Positions 1-9,100 of a stretch of 64,000 nucleotides of DNA are shown here, one piece after another. Within the stretch, counting starts at the first letter, position 1. The number at the start of each line of letters is the position of its first letter. The stretch is from Chloroflexia bacterium (lineage in GTDB: Bacteria; Chloroflexota; Chloroflexia; Thermomicrobiales; UBA6265): NCBI GenBank assembly GCA_043427975.1, contig JBHWTK010000013.1:95404-159403 (forward strand), read 5' to 3'. The position numbers and the translations under genes were made by a program. The notes beneath the pieces are model-generated. The model was not told where the DNA came from. It searched no databases and saw nothing but the letters and a program-made list of their open reading frames with translations.

Positions 1-580
1 GCACATACATCAGCATATCGAGCACGTGCACGCCGAGGTCGATGAGCGGGCCACCGCCGGCCGCTTCCTTACTGGTGAACCAGCTTCCCATGCCAGGGAT
101 CCCCGAGCGGCGCATCCACCATGCCTTGGAGTAGTACACGTTGCCGAACTGGCCCTTTTCGTAAGCTTCCTTTACCAGCTGGACGTCGTGGCGCGTCCGG
201 CGCTGGAAGCTGACGCCCAGCACCTTGTTGTGCTCGCGGGCGGCCTCCACCATCGCAACGCCCTCGGTGGCGTTGCGGGCCAGGGGCTTTTCGATGAGCA
301 CGTGCTTGCCCGCCTCGAACGCGGCCTTCGCTACCGGCAAGTGCAGGATGTTCGGCACGGCGATGCTGACTGCATCGATATCATCCCGCGCCAGCAGTTC
401 CTGGTATTCCCGGAATACGTTGGGGATGTTGAATTTGCCGGCCAGCATCTCGCAGCGATCGGTATCCAGACCGGCCAGCGCTACGACCTCGGCTCGTGGC
501 TCCTCGGCATAGCCCTCAAGGTGGAATATCCCGGCGCCACAACCGATAACGCCCACGCGAACCTTCTCGTTTTGCGACAT
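1..580 (-). CDS. Gfo/Idh/MocA family oxidoreductase (partial; 3' end lies outside the window)
   Basis: Absent from the ORF track because it runs off the window edge. Minus-strand translation from ATG (580..578) gives MSQNEKVRVGVIGCGAGIFHLEGYAEEP...GKHVLIEKPLARN...GGGPLIDLGVHVLD. It has the N-terminal Rossmann GxGxxG and the EKP motif of this family. The + ORF 26..631 is its antisense shadow. Confidence 0.8.
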   Translation of the reverse strand, partial: MSQNEKVRVGVIGCGAGIFHLEGYAEEPRAEVVALAGLDTDRCEMLAGKFNIPNVFREYQELLARDDIDAVSIAVPNILHLPVAKAAFEAGKHVLIEKPLARNATEGVAMVEAAREHNKVLGVSFQRRTRHDVQLVKEAYEKGQFGNVYYSKAWWMRRSGIPGMGSWFTSKEAAGGGPLIDLGVHVLDMLMYV

Positions 581-714
581 GAAAATGCTTCCCTTTTCGT
601 CAGGCAACCGAAAGCGGTTGCATGCATATGATCCACGCAGGACATGGACCCGGGATGTAACCCAGGATGACTATGGCACCGTGCTTTGGATGGCGCAAGG
701 GGAGTTTCCCCGGA

Positions 715-1524
715 TTAATCGACGCGGATCACCAGCAGTTCCGGCCGGCAGTTGAAACGTACGGGCGGGCGGTACATGCCAATGCCGCGGGAAACGTATA
801 GCGTCATCCCCCGAACATTGAACTGCCCCGCGACATACCGCTTGCCGAGCGAGGGCGTTGCCAATGCGCCGACCATCGGCAACCGAACCTGTCCGCCGTG
901 GGTGTGCCCACTGAGCATGAGCAGCGGCTGGAAGGGCACCATTTGCTCGGCGGTATCTGGCTCGTGCCACATGGCGATCACGCGGGCACCTCGTGGGACA
1001 TGCTGGAATGACCGGTGCAGGTCGGCCTTGCCCAGCAACACATCATCCACGCCAACCACCCAGAGGTCACCCCGAACCTGCGCCGCCTCGTTCTGCAACA
1101 TGGTGATGCCACAGCGTTCCAGCACGGGCTGGATACGCCCGCGGATATTGGCGAGGTCGTGATTACCCCAGATTCCCCAGCATCCCAGCGATGCTGTGGC
1201 GGTGATGCGTTTCAGGGGAGCTTCGAGATCCGCAAGGAAGCGTGGCGATTCGCAGATGAAATCCCCGCCGAAGAGGATCACATCCGGCTGGATGCGCTGG
1301 AGCTCGCGGATAGTCGGTTCCAGGTCGTTTGCCGAGAAGTGGGGGCCGATGTGTGTATCGGTCACGAATACGATTGTGAGCGGATTGTCGCCAGTGGCGA
1401 GATCCAGTTGGGTCGTTTCAAGTCGCTTCGGCTCTACAAACCGGGCGTACAGTCCTACCAGAGCGCCAAAGAGTGCTCCGATGCCCAGGATTGTGCCGAT
1501 GGTGCGGGAGGTTTGCCGGCTCAC
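715..1524 (-). CDS. Membrane-anchored metallophosphoesterase (calcineurin-like, YkuE-type)
   Basis: This is the C-terminal part of track ORF 715..2109. Motifs VTDTHIG, GGDF, GNHD and GHTHGG follow an N-terminal TM helix (TIGTILGIGALFGALVGLY). I start it at GTG 1524, which overlaps the menA stop (GTGA). The remaining upstream part of the 464-aa ORF overlaps menA out of frame and is Arg/Gly/His-rich with no recognisable motifs. Confidence 0.8.
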   Translation of the reverse strand: MSRQTSRTIGTILGIGALFGALVGLYARFVEPKRLETTQLDLATGDNPLTIVFVTDTHIGPHFSANDLEPTIRELQRIQPDVILFGGDFICESPRFLADLEAPLKRITATASLGCWGIWGNHDLANIRGRIQPVLERCGITMLQNEAAQVRGDLWVVGVDDVLLGKADLHRSFQHVPRGARVIAMWHEPDTAEQMVPFQPLLMLSGHTHGGQVRLPMVGALATPSLGKRYVAGQFNVRGMTLYVSRGIGMYRPPVRFNCRPELLVIRVD

Positions 1525-2447
1525 AAGTGCACCAGCCGGGTCACGATAATCGCGAACGTGGCGACAAGCCCGTAGCGCATGTGGAGTTTTGCACTCATGC
1601 CGACAATGGCGGACGTCAGTTGACCTTCTCCCGAGGAACGGAGATGCCGGATCGCCGCCAACGTGCCGGGAACGAGCACGAGGGTTGCCAGCAACGGCCA
1701 GTAGTGCGGGCTCTGAACGACGAGTGCCACGGTAAGAAGCAGTGGAGCTACGACAACTACCGTGTATTCGCGCACACCCGCTTCCCAGCCAAAGGTGTTG
1801 GCCAGCGTGTGCTTGCCATGCATCGCGTCTACCGCCATATCCCGCATGTTGTTCGCGTGGAGGATCGCAGCAGCGTACAGCCCGATGTTGGTGGCCAGGA
1901 TAAGCGATTGCCAGGTTGATGTACCTGTATGCACAAAGAACGCCCCGCCCACCATGACCAGGCCCATGGCGATGAAAACGCCGACTTCGCCCATGCGGTT
2001 GTAGGCAAGCGGCCACGGGCCACCGGTGTAGAGAAACGCCACGCCCGCGCCGATGAGCGCAAAAACTAGCCCCGGCCAGCCTAACCGGGCGATGATCGGG
2101 ATACCGCACACGAGCGCCATGGCGAATGCCACAACCATACCTGTGAGGAGGTCGCGTTGGGAGAGATGCCCTTCCTGCAGCATGCGACCGTGCCCTTCGG
2201 GCTGGACAACATCAACGCCCGACGCGTTATCGAAGTAGTCGTTCGTGAGGTTGCAGCCGATGTGCGTGAGGATCGATGTCAGGAGCATAAGGATGCCGAA
2301 CGGTACCGATACCCGCCCGAATTCCCAGGCAAGTGCGGTGGCCATGAGGATTGGCACAAAGGAAATGGTGAGGCTCCAGGGACGGACAGCCACAAACCAG
2401 ACGCGCCAGCGTGGCATGTGGACCGGGGGTTGGGACAGCGTTGCCAT
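1521..2447 (-). CDS. menA: UbiA-family prenyltransferase, 1,4-dihydroxy-2-naphthoate polyprenyltransferase-like
   Basis: 308-aa polytopic membrane protein with the NDYFD aspartate-rich motif (NLTNDYFDNASGVD) and a MenA-like layout. Confidence 0.75.
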   Translation of the reverse strand: MATLSQPPVHMPRWRVWFVAVRPWSLTISFVPILMATALAWEFGRVSVPFGILMLLTSILTHIGCNLTNDYFDNASGVDVVQPEGHGRMLQEGHLSQRDLLTGMVVAFAMALVCGIPIIARLGWPGLVFALIGAGVAFLYTGGPWPLAYNRMGEVGVFIAMGLVMVGGAFFVHTGTSTWQSLILATNIGLYAAAILHANNMRDMAVDAMHGKHTLANTFGWEAGVREYTVVVVAPLLLTVALVVQSPHYWPLLATLVLVPGTLAAIRHLRSSGEGQLTSAIVGMSAKLHMRYGLVATFAIIVTRLVHL

Positions 2448-2466
2448 AATTATGCCTTTATCCGAA

Positions 2467-3225
2467 TCACTGGCTTCGCCACGGCACCACCATCCGTTCT
2501 GCCAGGTCGAGCACCAGGTTCATTCCCCACCCGAGCAGGCCGGTGATTATGAGGCCGACGTACATCTCGCGGATGCGGAAGATCTGGTAGTTCTGCCAGA
2601 TGACGTAGCCGATACCCTTGCCGGCAGCCAGGAACTCGGTACCGACGATAACGATCAGCGCGAACCCGAGCGCGAGTCGCATGCCGGTGAAGATGGCCGG
2701 CAGGCTTCCCGGTAACGCCACGGTATAGAACATCTGCCAGCGGCTGGCCCCGAGGTTGCGGGCGACATCGCGGAACTGGCTATCGATCGCCAGCACACCG
2801 CTCATGGTACTGAGGGCTATCAGGAAAAAGATGCTGATCGCCACGATCATGATCTTGCTCAGCTCACCAATGCCAAACGCGATGATGGCCAGTGGCAGGA
2901 TAGCGATTTTCGGCACGGCATAGATCGCCGTGGCCAGCGGCATCAGGAACACGCGCACCGGCCAGAAGAGTCCCATGGCAAGGCCGATCGCTACACCCGG
3001 CACCGTACCGATCACGAACCCGGCGACAATACGCCACATACTGATGCGGATATCGCCAAACAGGTCGCGGTTCTGGAACATGTCAACTGCCGTGGGCCAA
3101 AGCGTGCTCGGTGCAGGCCAGAAAATGGGATTGATGATTTCCGTACGGCTGAGCAGTTCCCAGAGGAGCAGCAGCAGCACCGGTCCGGCGATGGTGAGGG
3201 TGAGTTCCTGCGTGCGGCGGCTCAT
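2467..3225 (-). CDS. ABC transporter permease (nitrate/sulfonate/taurine, SsuC/TauC family)
   Basis: 252 aa and about 6 TM helices, with a family-typical sequence (LLWELLSR...FWPAPS, GASRWQMFYTVALPGSLP). 4-bp overlap with the upstream ATPase gene. Confidence 0.85.
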   Translation of the reverse strand: MSRRTQELTLTIAGPVLLLLLWELLSRTEIINPIFWPAPSTLWPTAVDMFQNRDLFGDIRISMWRIVAGFVIGTVPGVAIGLAMGLFWPVRVFLMPLATAIYAVPKIAILPLAIIAFGIGELSKIMIVAISIFFLIALSTMSGVLAIDSQFRDVARNLGASRWQMFYTVALPGSLPAIFTGMRLALGFALIVIVGTEFLAAGKGIGYVIWQNYQIFRIREMYVGLIITGLLGWGMNLVLDLAERMVVPWRSQ

Positions 3226-4052
3226 TTGAAGGCGCCCCCTCGGTCAACCTCATCGCGCAACCGCGACCAAATGCGGTCGAAAAGCGAACCGAACTCCGCG
3301 TGGGAGCGAATCGTGGTAAGTGTGCGCGGGCGAGGGAAGGGCACCACAATATCGTCTGCAATGGTTCCGGGGCGCGCGGTCATGACCAGCACACGATCGC
3401 CCAGCAGCAATGCTTCTTCAATAGAGTGGGTGACGAACAGCACGGTCTTGCCGGTGTGCTCCCAGATCCGGAGCAGTTCTTCCTGCAGGATGTATCGTGT
3501 CTGCTCATCCAGCGCGCCGAATGGCTCGTCCATGAGCAGGAGTTGCGGATCGATCGCAAGAGCCCGCGCCAGTGAAGTCCGCTGCCGCATGCCCTCACTC
3601 ACCTGGTGAGGCCACGCCTTGCGGAACTGGCCCAATCCGACGGTATCCAGCAATTCATCGGCGCGACGAAGCGAGGCAGTCCTGTCTACCCCGTGCATTT
3701 GCAGCCCGTAGGCGACATTGCGGCGGAGATCCAGCCACGGGAACAGCGTTCGGCCATGGAACACCATGCTGTTTGTGGGCCGCTTGCCCGATGCAGTTGT
3801 GGAGGTAAGGGTTCCGGAAGTCGGGGCGTCGAGGCCCGCGACCATGCGCAGCAAGGTGGACTTGCCGCAGCCAGAGGGGCCGACAATCACCACAAACTCG
3901 CCGGGTGACGCTTCGAGGTCGACATCCTGGCAGGCCGTAACCGGGCCATCGGCTCCCTGGTAGATTTTGGTGACGTTGCGTGCAACAACATTGGCGCCGC
4001 GATCATTTTCTTGCGGCGCCGTTGTGGTGTGACCGGTGATTGACCTTTGCAT
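3222..4052 (-). CDS. ABC transporter ATP-binding protein (SsuB/TauB-like)
   Basis: Walker A GPSGCGKST, signature VSEGMRQR (LSGGQ-like), Walker B LLLMDEPFGALD, H-loop VTHS. Confidence 0.9.
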   Translation of the reverse strand: MQRSITGHTTTAPQENDRGANVVARNVTKIYQGADGPVTACQDVDLEASPGEFVVIVGPSGCGKSTLLRMVAGLDAPTSGTLTSTTASGKRPTNSMVFHGRTLFPWLDLRRNVAYGLQMHGVDRTASLRRADELLDTVGLGQFRKAWPHQVSEGMRQRTSLARALAIDPQLLLMDEPFGALDEQTRYILQEELLRIWEHTGKTVLFVTHSIEEALLLGDRVLVMTARPGTIADDIVVPFPRPRTLTTIRSHAEFGSLFDRIWSRLRDEVDRGGAFK

Positions 4053-4057
4053 ATGTC

Positions 4058-5128
4058 CTAGCGTGCGCCGATCATTTCGACCGCTGCATCGATGACATCC
4101 TGGCGGATCACCGTGGTGGGATCGATAGGCTCCTCAACCGTCATCAGGTCACGGTCAGCGAAGAACTGCTGGAGCGTGACGAGATTCTCGAGGTTGATGT
4201 CGCCGTTGGGCTGGTAGACGGGGCGCACGGAGGCAGCGATGAGTTCCACTGGCACGCCGGTGTACTTGTTGATTATGGTCAGGTTGAGCGGATCGTTGGG
4301 TTCATCCACCAGGTCGCGGCATGCCTGCAAGTAGCCGGCCACAAAGTTGGCAGCGGCATCCGGGTTCTCGTCCACCCAGTTGTTGTTCGAGAACACAGCG
4401 GTCACCTGCATGCCCGCGACGTCGAAGTCATTGGTCAGGATGCGGGCAACCCCATCCTGCACAGCCTTGGTCGCCAGCGGCTCACCGACCATCGCACCAT
4501 CGAGCACACCCTCGGAAAGGGCAGTGACAGCGTCGGGGAAGGTCAGGTATTGCAGTTCGATATCACCAATGCTGAGACCACCGGTTTTCAGCGCGGCATC
4601 CAGCCAATACTCGGTAGCACCGGGGGCATTCACCGAGACCTTCTTGCCGGCCAGCTGGTCGATACTGGTAATGTCGCTATCTACAGCCACCATTAGTGGT
4701 GTGGCAACAGGATTGCCCTCCTCGTGGCCGGGCGCAATTATGCAGAGTGGCAGGTCGGTGGCCAGGCCGTTCCAGAAGGCTGGCCCGACACCACTCAGTG
4801 CGACCTGCAAGTCGTTGGTGCTCACCATCACGGCGAGGTCGGTGCCGCTGTTCATCGGCGTCGGCTTCACATCCAGGCCGCGCTCGGCGTAATAGCCTTT
4901 CTCGAGTGCGACGTAGATTGGGGCGTAAATGAGAACAGGCAGGAAGCCGATGTTCACTTCCAACGCCCCCTCGGGCACGGATACCGGGGGAATCTCGACC
5001 AGTTCAATCGCTGGAGATGCCTGGGGAGACGCTTCGGGAGTGCCTTGGGCGGAAGCCGCCAGTGTGCCGGCAAGTGGGACGGCCGCCAGGCCAGCGGCGA
5101 AGGTTCGTCGGGAGATTGTCTTGGTCAT
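4058..5128 (-). CDS. ABC transporter substrate-binding protein (NMT1/THI5-SsuA-like) with Tat-type signal
   Basis: N-terminus MTKTISRRTFAAGLAAVPLAGTLAASAQG has a twin-arginine-like signal. It is the first gene of the SBP-ATPase-permease operon. Confidence 0.8.
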   Translation of the reverse strand: MTKTISRRTFAAGLAAVPLAGTLAASAQGTPEASPQASPAIELVEIPPVSVPEGALEVNIGFLPVLIYAPIYVALEKGYYAERGLDVKPTPMNSGTDLAVMVSTNDLQVALSGVGPAFWNGLATDLPLCIIAPGHEEGNPVATPLMVAVDSDITSIDQLAGKKVSVNAPGATEYWLDAALKTGGLSIGDIELQYLTFPDAVTALSEGVLDGAMVGEPLATKAVQDGVARILTNDFDVAGMQVTAVFSNNNWVDENPDAAANFVAGYLQACRDLVDEPNDPLNLTIINKYTGVPVELIAASVRPVYQPNGDINLENLVTLQQFFADRDLMTVEEPIDPTTVIRQDVIDAAVEMIGAR

Positions 5129-5210
5129 AGGGTTGTATAACGTCCTTACGATAGGGCCGTGGAAGCCTCGCCAAGATTACGAGCAATCGACATTGTGATT
5201 GCTGTCACAA

Positions 5211-6641
5211 TCATACCATCGTGCTCTGGCGGACTTGTGTCCGAATATAGTCGGCCACTTCGGCCAGCGGAATACGCTGCTGCTCCATGGTATCGCGGTC
5301 GCGCACGGTTACGGCGTTGTCTTCCAGCGTGTCGAAATCCACGGTGACACAGAACGGCGTCCCGATTTCATCCTGCCGGCGGTAGCGCTTGCCGATATTG
5401 GCAGTTTCATCGTAATCGACCATGAAGCCGGTTTCGTCCAGCAAGGTCGTGAAGAGGTCCATCGCCACCGATGTGAGTTCGGGTTTCTTCGCGAGCGGCA
5501 AGACCGCGGCCTTGTAGGGAGCGAGGATCGGGGCGAAGCGCATCACCGTGCGAATGTCGCTCTTGCCGTTCACATCTACCGTTTGTTCTTCATCATAGGC
5601 GTCCACCATCACGGTGAGCATGGTGCGATCCACACCGAAGGTCGGTTCCACCACATGCGGCAGGTAGCGGGTGTTGGTTGCCTGGTCGAAGTAGGTGAGG
5701 TCTTCGCCGCTGACTTCCTGGTGCCGGGTGAGGTCGAAATCGGTGCGATTGGCCAAGCCGTAAAGTTCCTTCCAGCCGAGCGTGCCGGGGAAGAGATACT
5801 CGAAATCAAGCGTGCGGGAAGAGTAGTGGGAGAGTTCTTCCTTCTCGTGTTCGCGCACGCGCACATGCTCCGGGTTCAGGCCGATAAGGCGCACCCACTC
5901 GTGCATGGCGGCGAGCCAATTCTCGAACATTTCGGGGCTCTCGTCCGGTTTGCAGAAATACTCGATCTCCATCTGCTCGAACTCGAGCACCCGGAAGATG
6001 AAGTTGCCGGGGGTGATCTCGTTCCGGAACGCCTTGCCGATCTGACCGACACCAAACGGGAGTTTCACGCGCTGGGTGTTCAGCAGGTTCTTGTACTGCA
6101 CGAAAATGCCTTGCGCCGTTTCCGGCCGCAAGTACACCTTGGTGCCGCTTTCGCTGACCGGGCCGATGGTGGTGCTAAACATCATGTTGAACTGGCGCGC
6201 ATCGGTGAGGGTGCGGTTGCCACACACCGGGCAGGCCATGTTCGCCTCGCGGATGATGGCCGTCATTTCCTCGGGCGTTTTGATGGCTGCGTCCTGCATG
6301 TTGAGCTTCTCTTCCAGCAGGTGGTCGGCCCGGAAACGGCTCTTGCAAGTTTTGCAATCCACCAGGGGATCGTTGAAGTTCACCACATGGCCGCTGGCTT
6401 CCCACACCCGGGGGTGCATGAGGATGCCAGCATCAAGGCCCACCATATCGCGCCGATTCTGCACGAATGTGCGCCACCACAGTTGCTTGATGTTGTTGCG
6501 GAGTTCCACGCCTAGCGGGCCAAAATCCCATGTATTGGCCAGGCCGCCATAAATATCGGAGCCGGAGAAGACGAAGCCCCGGCGCTTGCTCAGCGCTACG
6601 ATTTTGTCCATAGTGGCAGCCCGATTCGGTTCCTGTGTCAT
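5211..6641 (-). CDS. glyQS: Glycine--tRNA ligase (class II, homodimeric GlyQS type)
   Basis: [46 protein letters not shown] is the hallmark N-terminus, and the ORF is full length at 476 aa. GGAGAGAG SD lies upstream of ATG 6641. An alternative start at Met11 (6611) is possible. Confidence 0.95.
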   Translation of the reverse strand: MTQEPNRAATMDKIVALSKRRGFVFSGSDIYGGLANTWDFGPLGVELRNNIKQLWWRTFVQNRRDMVGLDAGILMHPRVWEASGHVVNFNDPLVDCKTCKSRFRADHLLEEKLNMQDAAIKTPEEMTAIIREANMACPVCGNRTLTDARQFNMMFSTTIGPVSESGTKVYLRPETAQGIFVQYKNLLNTQRVKLPFGVGQIGKAFRNEITPGNFIFRVLEFEQMEIEYFCKPDESPEMFENWLAAMHEWVRLIGLNPEHVRVREHEKEELSHYSSRTLDFEYLFPGTLGWKELYGLANRTDFDLTRHQEVSGEDLTYFDQATNTRYLPHVVEPTFGVDRTMLTVMVDAYDEEQTVDVNGKSDIRTVMRFAPILAPYKAAVLPLAKKPELTSVAMDLFTTLLDETGFMVDYDETANIGKRYRRQDEIGTPFCVTVDFDTLEDNAVTVRDRDTMEQQRIPLAEVADYIRTQVRQSTMV

Positions 6642-6655
6642 ACCTGGCTCTCTCC

Positions 6656-6690
6656 ATACGAAAACCGGCGGCCTGTAACCAGACCGCCGG
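6656..6690 (-). terminator. Intrinsic terminator downstream of the recombinase gene
   Basis: On the minus strand, CCGGCGG-N12-CCGCCGG (6690..6665) is followed by TTTTCG. It ends about 14 nt before the glyQS start codon. Confidence 0.5.
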
Positions 6691-6727
6691 GACGTCTTCT
6701 TACGCTTCCATTCTACGGGATAGACCC

Positions 6728-7621
6728 TCAGGATTCAGTGGTAACCGTAGAGCCGCTCCGCTTGTACGAGGCGGTGGTGCTGCGGCTGACGTGGCCGAGC
6801 GCGGTTTGCACCTCGCTCAACGGCACCCCGTTCTCGAGGGCGTGCACCGCAAAGCTGTGACGCAGGATATGCGGCGAGAACGTCTCGATACCGAGCTGGC
6901 TGGCGTATCCCTTGAACAGCAGCCACAGGCCCTGGCGGGTGAGCCGGGATCCGCGATGGTTCAGGAACATGGCCGTTTCGTTGCGGTCTTCGCCCAGCAA
7001 GGCGGGTCGGGCCGATTCAACATAGCGCCGCAGCGATTTCGCCGCCCAGTTGGGGAGGCTCAAGGTGCGGACCTGGTCGCCATTGGTAATGGCCGTGATC
7101 GCGGAGTAATCCTGCTCGACATCTTCCAGATTGAGTGAGAGCAGTTCGCTGGCGCGAACACCCGTGGCGTACAGCAGTTCCATCATGGCGCGATCTCGCA
7201 CGGATTCGGGCCGGTAATCGTCTGCCGTGGTGGCATCGATCAGCTGCCGGATTTGCTCGTGCGTGAGCACGCGCGGGTTGCTGCGCGGCACAGCCGGCGG
7301 ACGCAGGTGCACAACGCCATCGAAATCGAGCAGGCCCTGTTCCTGCAGCCACTGCACAAAAATGCGCAGCGCCGCCACCTTGCGGGCAATGGTCGACCGC
7401 ACATATTCGTAGGCGTCGAGATCCTCGACATAGGTCTCGAGGTGCTCACCGGTCAGATCGGACCAGTTGTCGATCTTCAGGTGGTCATAGCGGCTTTCCG
7501 GCGGCGTTTCCAGGAACTCGATGAACTGGAGCAGGTCGCTCTTGTATGCGAGTACCGTGTTATCGGATGCCTTCCGTTCCTCCCGCAGGTACAAGAGAAA
7601 GTCATCAAGCTGTTTGTACAC
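6728..7621 (-). CDS. Tyrosine recombinase, XerC/XerD family
   Basis: SAM-like N-domain ([22 protein letters not shown]). The C-terminal catalytic region [15 protein letters not shown]...[12 protein letters not shown] carries the R..HxxR..Y signature. Confidence 0.9.
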   Translation of the reverse strand: MYKQLDDFLLYLREERKASDNTVLAYKSDLLQFIEFLETPPESRYDHLKIDNWSDLTGEHLETYVEDLDAYEYVRSTIARKVAALRIFVQWLQEQGLLDFDGVVHLRPPAVPRSNPRVLTHEQIRQLIDATTADDYRPESVRDRAMMELLYATGVRASELLSLNLEDVEQDYSAITAITNGDQVRTLSLPNWAAKSLRRYVESARPALLGEDRNETAMFLNHRGSRLTRQGLWLLFKGYASQLGIETFSPHILRHSFAVHALENGVPLSEVQTALGHVSRSTTASYKRSGSTVTTES

Positions 7622-7722
7622 GTCCCTTACCCTCTCCGCGGCGATGGCTCACACGCCGCGTCGTCCGCGATAACGCGTTCCGTGCCGTCCACACGGCGAA
7701 TTATCGCTGATGTTTAAAGTAA

Positions 7723-8853
7723 TTAAGCAGGAAGCTTGCCACGCATAGCGCGGTCCAATGAAACGGCCTCTTTCCCGAACGCCGCTGCAACACCTGGCTG
7801 GACAATCGCTCCGTTGATGACGTTGGCCCCCAAAGCCAACGTAGCATCGTCGGCGAGTGCTTTCTCCCAGCCCTTGCTGGCTATCGCCAATCCGTATGGT
7901 GTCGTCACGTTCGTGAGCCCGATCGTCCCGGTGCGCGACAGGGATCCAGGCATATTGGTAACACAATAATGGATAACGTGGTTGACAAGAAAGACCGGAT
8001 CGCTGTGTTTTGTCGGACGTGATGTCTCAAAACACCCGCCTTGGTCGATAGCGACATCCACCATCACGCTTCCCGGCTGCATGGTTTCGACCATCTCCCG
8101 TGTAACCAGCCGCGGTGCCCTGGCACCCGGAACAAGGACCGCTCCGATGACGAGGTCTGCCTTCTCCACTGCGCGGGCGATGTTCATGCGGCTGGATGCA
8201 AGCGTGTGCACCCGGCCGCCCAGCACATCATCGAGATAGCGCAGGCGTTCCACATTCAGGTCGATGATGGTAACGTCGGCACCCATACCGAGCGCCACCT
8301 TGGCGGCATTGGTGCCCACCACGCCGCCTCCAATCACCACCACGCTGGCCGGTTGCACGCCGGGAATGCCGCCAAGCAGCACTCCGCGACCCCCGTGCGT
8401 CTTCTCCAGGTACATTGCCCCAACCTGAATGCTCATGCGGCCGGCCACCTCGCTCATGGGCGTCAGCAACGGCAGGTGGCCGTTCGGAAGTTGCACGGTT
8501 TCGTAGGCAATGGCCTGCACCCCGCGATTCACAAGCGCGTTGGTAAGCGGTTCATCGGCGGCGAGATGCAGGTAGGTGAACAGGATCTGTCCCTCCCGCA
8601 TGAGCGGGTACTCACTCGCAACCGGCTCCTTTACCTTCACAATCATCTCGGCACGGGCCCAAACCTCTTCGGCTGAATCGACCAGTTGGCAGCCCTGGGC
8701 CACGTACTCGCTATCGGTAAAGCCACTGCCGGTACCGGCACCCATTTGTACCAGCACCGTGTTGCCCCGGGCGATGTAATCGCCGGCAGCACCGGGGGTT
8801 GCACCAACGCGATTCTCGTTATCTTTGACCTCTGCCGGTACGCCAACGATCAT
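7723..8853 (-). CDS. ald: Alanine dehydrogenase
   Basis: [21 protein letters not shown]-terminus, NAD-binding [14 protein letters not shown], 376 aa. Confidence 0.95.
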   Translation of the reverse strand: MIVGVPAEVKDNENRVGATPGAAGDYIARGNTVLVQMGAGTGSGFTDSEYVAQGCQLVDSAEEVWARAEMIVKVKEPVASEYPLMREGQILFTYLHLAADEPLTNALVNRGVQAIAYETVQLPNGHLPLLTPMSEVAGRMSIQVGAMYLEKTHGGRGVLLGGIPGVQPASVVVIGGGVVGTNAAKVALGMGADVTIIDLNVERLRYLDDVLGGRVHTLASSRMNIARAVEKADLVIGAVLVPGARAPRLVTREMVETMQPGSVMVDVAIDQGGCFETSRPTKHSDPVFLVNHVIHYCVTNMPGSLSRTGTIGLTNVTTPYGLAIASKGWEKALADDATLALGANVINGAIVQPGVAAAFGKEAVSLDRAMRGKLPA

Positions 8854-9100
8854 GGTGCTTCCATCCTTTTATGAGGTCGGGCGTCGTTCAGGTTAGAGCC
8901 CATGGTGACGGGGCTCTCCCTGGCGGTTGGAGTTTGGGATCAATGTTTGCATTCTATCCCGGCTTGCTCATTTGGGAATACCTTCTGCAAGGCAATGGGC
9001 ACAATTTGGTAGACTTTCCGGCATGCGTGCGTATATTTGCGTACCTTTGCGGGCTCCCGAACCGTATGGTCCTTCGCTACACCAGGGCATCACGCTATCC

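Noticed and set aside
26-631. 201-aa + strand ORF at the window start
   Set aside because: It lies opposite a clear Gfo/Idh/MocA oxidoreductase reading frame on the minus strand (Rossmann GxGxxG, EKP), and its sequence shows no recognisable motifs.
715-2109. 464-aa ORF read as a single protein
   Set aside because: Only the C-terminal ~270 aa is a phosphoesterase. The N-terminal part overlaps menA in another frame and is Arg/Gly/His-rich with no recognisable motifs. A GTG at 1524 overlaps the menA stop.
6728-7621. Tyrosine recombinase as a marker of an integrated mobile element
   Set aside because: It is flanked by glyQS and ald, with no phage, plasmid or transposon genes. No tRNA or att-like direct repeats were seen. 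The XerC/D-type architecture fits chromosome dimer resolution.
8927-9100. Upstream extensions of real genes in the ORF track. Examples: 8927 for rseP, 17922 for the secreted protein, 46561..46977 for MFS, 62336 for fabF, 28198..28305 for GH13, 60798 for rpsT, 16220 for cmk, 46702 for the 43-aa ORF and 48751 for the HEAT gene
   Set aside because: The extensions lack coding character. The internal starts have SD sequences, create proper signal peptides or family-typical N-termini, or form ATGA/GTGA overlaps.
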